From NCBI GenBank assembly GCA_016783545.1, contig JADHWJ010000001.1, positions 10,369 to 74,368 on the forward strand: a stretch of DNA of 64,000 bases, in the 5' to 3' direction. The stretch is from Candidatus Aenigmatarchaeota archaeon. Its GTDB lineage: Archaea; Aenigmatarchaeota; Aenigmatarchaeia; QMZP01. Below the pieces are notes generated by a model, which saw nothing but the letters and a program-made list of their open reading frames with translations, ran no database searches and had not been told where the DNA came from. Below, piece after piece: positions 58,331 to 64,000 of this stretch (the stretch's first letter is position 1; each line of letters starts with the position of its first letter). The position numbers and the translations under genes were made by a program.

Positions 58331-58420
58331 TGTTCATATGATTTAAAAAGCTTTAAAAGAGGAAACTATTAGATAATTAATAAATACTTATAGACTAATT
58401 AAACATAATTAAGGAATAAT

Positions 58421-59257
58421 ATGGATTATAAACTTTTGCTAATAGTGCCATTATTGTTATTATTCGGTTCAATTGCAATACTTGTAAACGGTTACGTTCA
58501 GACAGGAGAATGGTTTGAAAGGTCAATAGAGCTTCGCGGAGGAACACTGATAACCGTAAATACAGACGAGCAGCAAGATATCAATTCTATAGAAAAACAG
58601 CTCTCAGAAGAGTTTGGTGCAGTTATAGTGAAGGGATTAAGAGGTATAGGTGGATATGGAATACAGATAGAGGTTGGTTCTGATGCAGATTCCAGCAGAA
58701 TCCTAGAGATATTGTCAGAATATATGGATACCTCAAAATCATCTATAGAATCAATAGAGCCGGCTCTTGGAGAGACCTTTTGGAACCAGGCACAACTTGG
58801 AATCATATTAGCGTTCATTTTTATGGGAATAATAGTTTTTGCAATATTTAGAAGTTTTGTTCCTAGTTTTGCTGTTATATTGGCTGCGGTTTCTGACATA
58901 CTAGTTACACTAACACTCATGCAGGTTTTTAAAATAGAACTTACTTTAGCTGGTCTGGCATCGCTTCTAATGCTCATAGGATATAGTATAGACACTGACA
59001 TAATGCTTACAACAAGACTTCTCAAGAGAGCTGGAAATCTCAAAGAAAACATAAACTCAGCATTCAAAACAGGCATAACAATGACAGGAACAACATTGGG
59101 CGCTTTGGCTGTTATATACATTGTTCCAACATCTCCTGTCATAACAGAGATAGCAAGCATATTGTTAATAGGTCTTGTTATTGATGTTATTATGACATGG
59201 CTGCAGAATTCTGTTCTGTTAAGATGGTATGTAGAAAGGAGAAATGTAATATGCTAA
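58421..59257 (+). CDS. secF: protein translocase subunit SecF
   Basis: SIELRGGT, FRSFVPS.AV, LMLIGYSIDTDIMLTTR, TGITMT.TT. Confidence 0.93.
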   Translation: MDYKLLLIVPLLLLFGSIAILVNGYVQTGEWFERSIELRGGTLITVNTDEQQDINSIEKQLSEEFGAVIVKGLRGIGGYGIQIEVGSDADSSRILEILSEYMDTSKSSIESIEPALGETFWNQAQLGIILAFIFMGIIVFAIFRSFVPSFAVILAAVSDILVTLTLMQVFKIELTLAGLASLLMLIGYSIDTDIMLTTRLLKRAGNLKENINSAFKTGITMTGTTLGALAVIYIVPTSPVITEIASILLIGLVIDVIMTWLQNSVLLRWYVERRNVIC

Positions 59258-61038
59258 AACATTGGCGTGTATTGATATTATTGGTAATGTTGTTAGGTGC
59301 TGTATTATCCATAGGACTAAAATTATATCCTTATGGAAGGTATGGAGTGGAAATCGTTTATATAACAGATGACTCTCCCGCTAGAGATGTTATTGAAAAT
59401 GGTATGCAGATAACAGAACTGAATGGTGAACGAATAGAAAATTCAGAAGATTGGAATAGAAGAATAAGCAACCTGACAGGGAATATATCTTTGCGAGCTA
59501 ATGGTGAGATATATGAAATAGAGATTGTTGACATACTTGGGATAGATGTGATGGATATAGAGAGGACAAATTTGGAATTTGGCCTTGATTTAAGAGGTGG
59601 GACAAGGATAATTTTAACACCTGAGAATGTAACTGATAAAGAAACAATGGATCAGATTTTAGCAACTCTGCAGACAAGAGCAAACCTTTACGGACTAAAG
59701 GAAATAAAGTTTTATTCGATAAAAGGAGAGCGATCATATATACAGGTAGAGGCTACTGGACTTGGAAGTGAGGTTGTAAACCAGCTGCTTTCAACACAGG
59801 GTAAGTTTGAGGCAAAGGTTGGAAAACCAGTTACAATAAATGATAATAAAGGAAACTTCATCTTAGGTGATAGGAGTTATCCTGTTACATATAATAATGG
59901 TACAGTAGAGATAAACAATTCTTTAATACAGTCAAATGATACATTTACCCTTGAAGGAATACTGTTTCAATATCTGAATAAAACAGACGATAAACTGATA
60001 TTTCTTGGAACAGTGTATGAAGGGGAAGACATAGAACTTGTTTATACAGATCCTCAGAGATCTGGTATAGTACCAAGAGGTGGAGGATATAACTTTTATT
60101 TTGTTGTTCTGGTCTCCCAAGACGGTGCGCAGAGGTTTGCAGACGTGACAACAGGCATACCAAAGATTTTGGATATAGAGATAGGAGAAGAATATCTGGA
60201 TTCGAACATATACCTTTTCCTTGATAACAAGCTTGTTTCAAGTCTGAGAATAGGAGAGAGTCTTGGAGGAGAGGTTTATACAACTCCACAGATACAGGGA
60301 TCAAGACTGAATATGGAAGATGCTATAGAAGAGAAATTAAGGCTGCAGACAATATTGAGATCAGGTGCTCTTCCAACAAAGCTGGAAACAGTTTCTGTTG
60401 ATATTATATCACCAACACTTGGAAAGGGCTTTTTCAGCTCAACTCTATACGCAGGTCTTTTTGCTGGTATTGCGGTTATAATCATAATATTCCTCAGATA
60501 TAGGAGCATAAAATTAGCATTACCACTGGTCTTCATTGGACTTTCAGAGGTGTTGATAATACTGGGAATTGCAGCAACAAATGATTCGTTTATATGGGGG
60601 ACTGTTATGGTTGTAAATGCCTCAATCGCTATTTTAGCGTGGTGGAAAAAACAAGAGATGGATATATACGCATGGGCAGGTGTTATAATCATACCATTGC
60701 TTGGTATGCTGTCATGGACAATAGATCTTCCTACAATAGGCGGAATAATAGCTGCGATAGGAACAGGCGTAGATCATCAGATAATAATAGCAGATGAAGT
60801 GGTTATTGGAAGAAAGATAGAAGAGAAGATATTCTTCAGTATGAAGGAGAAGATAAAGTCTGCATTCTTTATCATATTTGGTGCAGCAGCAACCACAATT
60901 GCTGCAATGGTGCCTTTGGTATTCTTGGGCATAGGTTTAGTGAGAGGATTTGCAATAACAACAATGATAGGTGTTCTTGTTGGCATATTGATAACAAGGC
61001 CTGCATATGCGAAGATAGTTGAAGTGTTGTTTAAGTAA
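59251..61038 (+). CDS. secD: protein translocase subunit SecD (with PDZ-like insert)
   Basis: FGLDLRGGTR, LRSGALP, ISPTLG, IGTGVDHQIIIADE, AATTIAAM, GFAITT..G. Confidence 0.93.
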   Translation: MLKHWRVLILLVMLLGAVLSIGLKLYPYGRYGVEIVYITDDSPARDVIENGMQITELNGERIENSEDWNRRISNLTGNISLRANGEIYEIEIVDILGIDVMDIERTNLEFGLDLRGGTRIILTPENVTDKETMDQILATLQTRANLYGLKEIKFYSIKGERSYIQVEATGLGSEVVNQLLSTQGKFEAKVGKPVTINDNKGNFILGDRSYPVTYNNGTVEINNSLIQSNDTFTLEGILFQYLNKTDDKLIFLGTVYEGEDIELVYTDPQRSGIVPRGGGYNFYFVVLVSQDGAQRFADVTTGIPKILDIEIGEEYLDSNIYLFLDNKLVSSLRIGESLGGEVYTTPQIQGSRLNMEDAIEEKLRLQTILRSGALPTKLETVSVDIISPTLGKGFFSSTLYAGLFAGIAVIIIIFLRYRSIKLALPLVFIGLSEVLIILGIAATNDSFIWGTVMVVNASIAILAWWKKQEMDIYAWAGVIIIPLLGMLSWTIDLPTIGGIIAAIGTGVDHQIIIADEVVIGRKIEEKIFFSMKEKIKSAFFIIFGAAATTIAAMVPLVFLGIGLVRGFAITTMIGVLVGILITRPAYAKIVEVLFK

Positions 61039-61057
61039 CATTTATTTTCAAAAGAAA

Positions 61058-64000
61058 TTACTTTTGCCAAGGCCTTTTCTTTTTCCTTTTAGTAGCAGAC
61101 TTGACCCTTTTCTTTACATGATGAACAGCTCTTTTTATGTTTTCACTTCTGTTTTTTTTTGGACTGAAACCGCGCTGTGGGCTATATCCAGAAGGAGGTG
61201 GTAAAAGTAAATAAAGGAGTAGTACAGCAACAATAATTGCCACAGTCACACCAACCCATAACCATGGATTAAGCCACCATGCACCGGCAGCTTTTTCTAT
61301 AACTTCTTTGAACTCGGACTTTACCCTTTCCAATTCAGTTAGTGTGCTGTTAAGTGTTGTTGTAAGCTCTGTGAGAATAGTTTCTGCGGTTGCATAATTC
61401 TCATTGTTTATTGCAGTTAGTGCAGAAGTTAGCTTTTCATTACTGCTATTCAGTAGACGTTCAACCTCAGTGAGATTTTCACTAGGCACAACACCATAAG
61501 AAACTATGCTCCTAAATTCTGTTGATAGGTTGCTGAATATGGAAAGAAGCGAATAATATGATTCGTTTATTCCTTCAAGTCTTTCAGTTGTTACCATTAC
61601 ATCAAAAAGGAATGTTTTTTCATTCTTTATTGTATCTCTGGCTGCATTTTCATAAGCAATAAATTTGCCTGAATGATTTCCTAGTGAAGAAGTATTTGAT
61701 ATATTAAATGTTACATTGTATACACAGCTCGCATTTAATCCAAGTGAACAGGAAGCAGGTGCGACAGATGCTGTGATATCACTGCTTATATCTATATCAA
61801 GCTTGGATAATATTGCCCTCTGACCTGTATTGTTAACTCTTATTTTTGTAAAGTTTGAACCCCCTGGAATACCACTCAAAAAGCTTACATGCTCTGTAAT
61901 AAGAAGTGAATCAGGTATACAAATATGATTTACTATGGCTCCCAAAGAACAGGGTACGGCTTTACATGTGCTTGTACTGGTGTCACAATATTGATTTGAA
62001 GCGCAGGTTGAATTTGAACTGCAAGAGTCACCTGTGCCTGCATTATTATTATTACCACTAGATGTAGAAACCTCAACAACTGACACACCACCGGATATGC
62101 TGGAATATGTATTGTCTGTTGCTGTGATTGATACTGGGCATGCTGTTGTGGAGCTCACATTTCCAGCTGTAAGACTCCAATAGTACCAGCAGATTTCAGT
62201 CCCGTTTTCAGTTATGTTTATCTGAGCCACATTGCTTCCGGTTGCATAAGAACCACACCCATCTTTTTTGTTGTTAAGCACGGGTGTTATAGTGCTGCAG
62301 GTTGATAATGTTATGTTACCAGTTGCAGGTAGATTACCAAAATTCACAACACTCATATTGTAATAGATAACAGTGTCCTCATTTGTTGTCCGATTCGCAT
62401 TGCTTATGAAAGTAATGTTCAGTCCAGTTCTATTAATTGTTAGAGGATAATTATAATTGCTTCCAGAGAACGAAAGGTTGTCCTTGATATAACTGGCATT
62501 CACATATACTCGATATTTTCCGCCAGGTATACCTGTTGGTATGCTTACGTTTATGTTATATATATTTGAAGAGTAGAGTGGTGAAGTGCCATTGTATTCT
62601 GTTAGAAAACTGCTGCTTGACGTTGGATATCTGTATGTTGTGACATTATTTTCCACAAGCCATACTGTAAAGTTCTCTAGTTGAAGAGCATTTATCAGTG
62701 TATTGTTCAGCAATGAAACATTTGTAAATATAGTTATATTCTCAGCCCTTGAGACATTCTCAATTTCAGTGTTTCCATCAGCTGTTTTTATCTGCGTTAT
62801 ATTAACAATAAGGTCATTTGTAAGATTTACCTGAACTGTCAGGTTAAAGCCCTGATAAGGGTATGCATCTGTTGCATTAAGATATATCCAGCCTGCATAC
62901 ACACCTTCCCGATTACCTGTTTCATTGGTGTCTACTGTAAAGTTTATTTCCATTTGGGTACTGGAACCAATCGTAAGGTTATTTGGACATGAATATGAGA
63001 AGTTTATACCATAACTGCTGCTTGTGAGATTAGTTGAATTTGTGCAGTTAATTGATGTGATGTTTCTGTTTCCTGTGTTGTTTATTGGTATTGATATCTG
63101 CAAATCAGTACCGCTCCTATTAAATCCTATATTATCTCTTATCTGGACAGTATCAGATTCAAATGTACTGTTTACCAGAAGAGTGCCTGTTGTCACATTT
63201 ACTGAAAGAGGTGTTGAGAGTATTGCTCCTCTACTATCTCTGTAATCGAAAAATCCTTGGTATAGACCACTGATACTTGTATTTGGTATGGTAAATGTTA
63301 GAGCAAAGTTCTTTGTGTAATTGCTTACATTAGTTATGTTAAGGCTTGTTGTTGTATAATTAGAGCTTAGCCAAGTGTTTACAAAGAACATAAGATCGAT
63401 TGTATAGTTGCCGTTCATGACAGTGTTGTTTAGAACCTCTGCCCTCCAAATACCTTTGGTGATAGATGTTGTTTCAATAAACTCTTCTTGCATTGCCCCT
63501 GTGACATTTGCATTCACTCTTTTACCTGTTGAATTGGAAACCAATGTTCCATTTGGCAAATACAAACTGAGAGTGTAATTTGTTCCATCTGTCCAATTGA
63601 TCAAAGTCTTTACCCGTGTTGCGTATGAAGGAACAGTGAAAGTATAATTATTTGCTATGGTTGAATTAGACCTATCCAAATGATAAAATCTCTTTAATTC
63701 TACTGTACTTAATGAGGTAAGATTTCCATCATTCCTCAAAGTAATATTAACAGTGGTGTTCTCGCTAATATTCATCTCACCAAAACTTAGATTATATATT
63801 GTATTGTTATTGCTAGTGTTTGTCAAATTCAATGATGTGAAATATAAATTACCAGTGTAGTTTTCTGCTGCTGTGAAATTTCCATATAACCTTATCTCCC
63901 ATAGACCAGGCGTTAGATAGCTGTAATTAAGCACTTCAGAATTAGTGCTTTTACCTGCTGACTTGGAAGCGAATAACGAATTATTGAAAAGAAACATATC
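61058..64000 (-). CDS. large N-glycosylated cell-surface protein (partial, 5' end beyond window)
   Basis: Very dense N-x-S/T sequons, PPC-like PGLWEIRLYG and GIWRAEV units, Cys-rich linker, coiled coil, C-terminal TM plus basic tail. Confidence 0.8.
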   Translation of the reverse strand, partial: DMFLFNNSLFASKSAGKSTNSEVLNYSYLTPGLWEIRLYGNFTAAENYTGNLYFTSLNLTNTSNNNTIYNLSFGEMNISENTTVNITLRNDGNLTSLSTVELKRFYHLDRSNSTIANNYTFTVPSYATRVKTLINWTDGTNYTLSLYLPNGTLVSNSTGKRVNANVTGAMQEEFIETTSITKGIWRAEVLNNTVMNGNYTIDLMFFVNTWLSSNYTTTSLNITNVSNYTKNFALTFTIPNTSISGLYQGFFDYRDSRGAILSTPLSVNVTTGTLLVNSTFESDTVQIRDNIGFNRSGTDLQISIPINNTGNRNITSINCTNSTNLTSSSYGINFSYSCPNNLTIGSSTQMEINFTVDTNETGNREGVYAGWIYLNATDAYPYQGFNLTVQVNLTNDLIVNITQIKTADGNTEIENVSRAENITIFTNVSLLNNTLINALQLENFTVWLVENNVTTYRYPTSSSSFLTEYNGTSPLYSSNIYNINVSIPTGIPGGKYRVYVNASYIKDNLSFSGSNYNYPLTINRTGLNITFISNANRTTNEDTVIYYNMSVVNFGNLPATGNITLSTCSTITPVLNNKKDGCGSYATGSNVAQINITENGTEICWYYWSLTAGNVSSTTACPVSITATDNTYSSISGGVSVVEVSTSSGNNNNAGTGDSCSSNSTCASNQYCDTSTSTCKAVPCSLGAIVNHICIPDSLLITEHVSFLSGIPGGSNFTKIRVNNTGQRAILSKLDIDISSDITASVAPASCSLGLNASCVYNVTFNISNTSSLGNHSGKFIAYENAARDTIKNEKTFLFDVMVTTERLEGINESYYSLLSIFSNLSTEFRSIVSYGVVPSENLTEVERLLNSSNEKLTSALTAINNENYATAETILTELTTTLNSTLTELERVKSEFKEVIEKAAGAWWLNPWLWVGVTVAIIVAVLLLYLLLPPPSGYSPQRGFSPKKNRSENIKRAVHHVKKRVKSATKRKKKRPWQK

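Noticed and set aside
58498-59160. 220-aa minus-strand ORF
   Set aside because: Antisense shadow of secF. The same applies to the many antisense ORFs inside polB, pheS, alaS and the surface proteins.

Overview
AT-rich archaeal chromosome segment, most likely DPANN and Aenigmarchaeota-like. This is inferred from gene content, Cys-rich class III-signal surface proteins and a PolB with a C-terminal Zn finger. Housekeeping genes include glyS, pheS/pheT, alaS, nac, polB, cdc6 with a probable oriC, hjc, minD, the secE-spt5-rpl11-rpl1-rpl10-rpl12 cluster, secF/secD, and isoprenoid lipid genes (HMG-CoA synthase, thiolase, DUF35, polyprenyl synthase, geranylgeranyl reductase, UbiA). Accessory or mobile content includes an IS200-type tnpA, an AbrB + free-standing LAGLIDADG cassette splitting pheS from pheT, an intein in the geranylgeranyl reductase, a tRNA-Arg(CCT) with a T-loop intron, orphan small ORFs and several giant surface proteins. 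The top finding is a ~700-nt structured non-coding region at 57640-58330 (- strand). It contains a near-verbatim copy of the 23S rRNA L1 stalk next to a tRNA-like domain, and one long-range helix closes both. The second finding is a PolB with a PolD-DP2-type Zn finger plus a catalytically dead DP1 homolog, an arrangement resembling eukaryotic A/B polymerase subunits. All calls were made by eye and no searches or folding programs were run.
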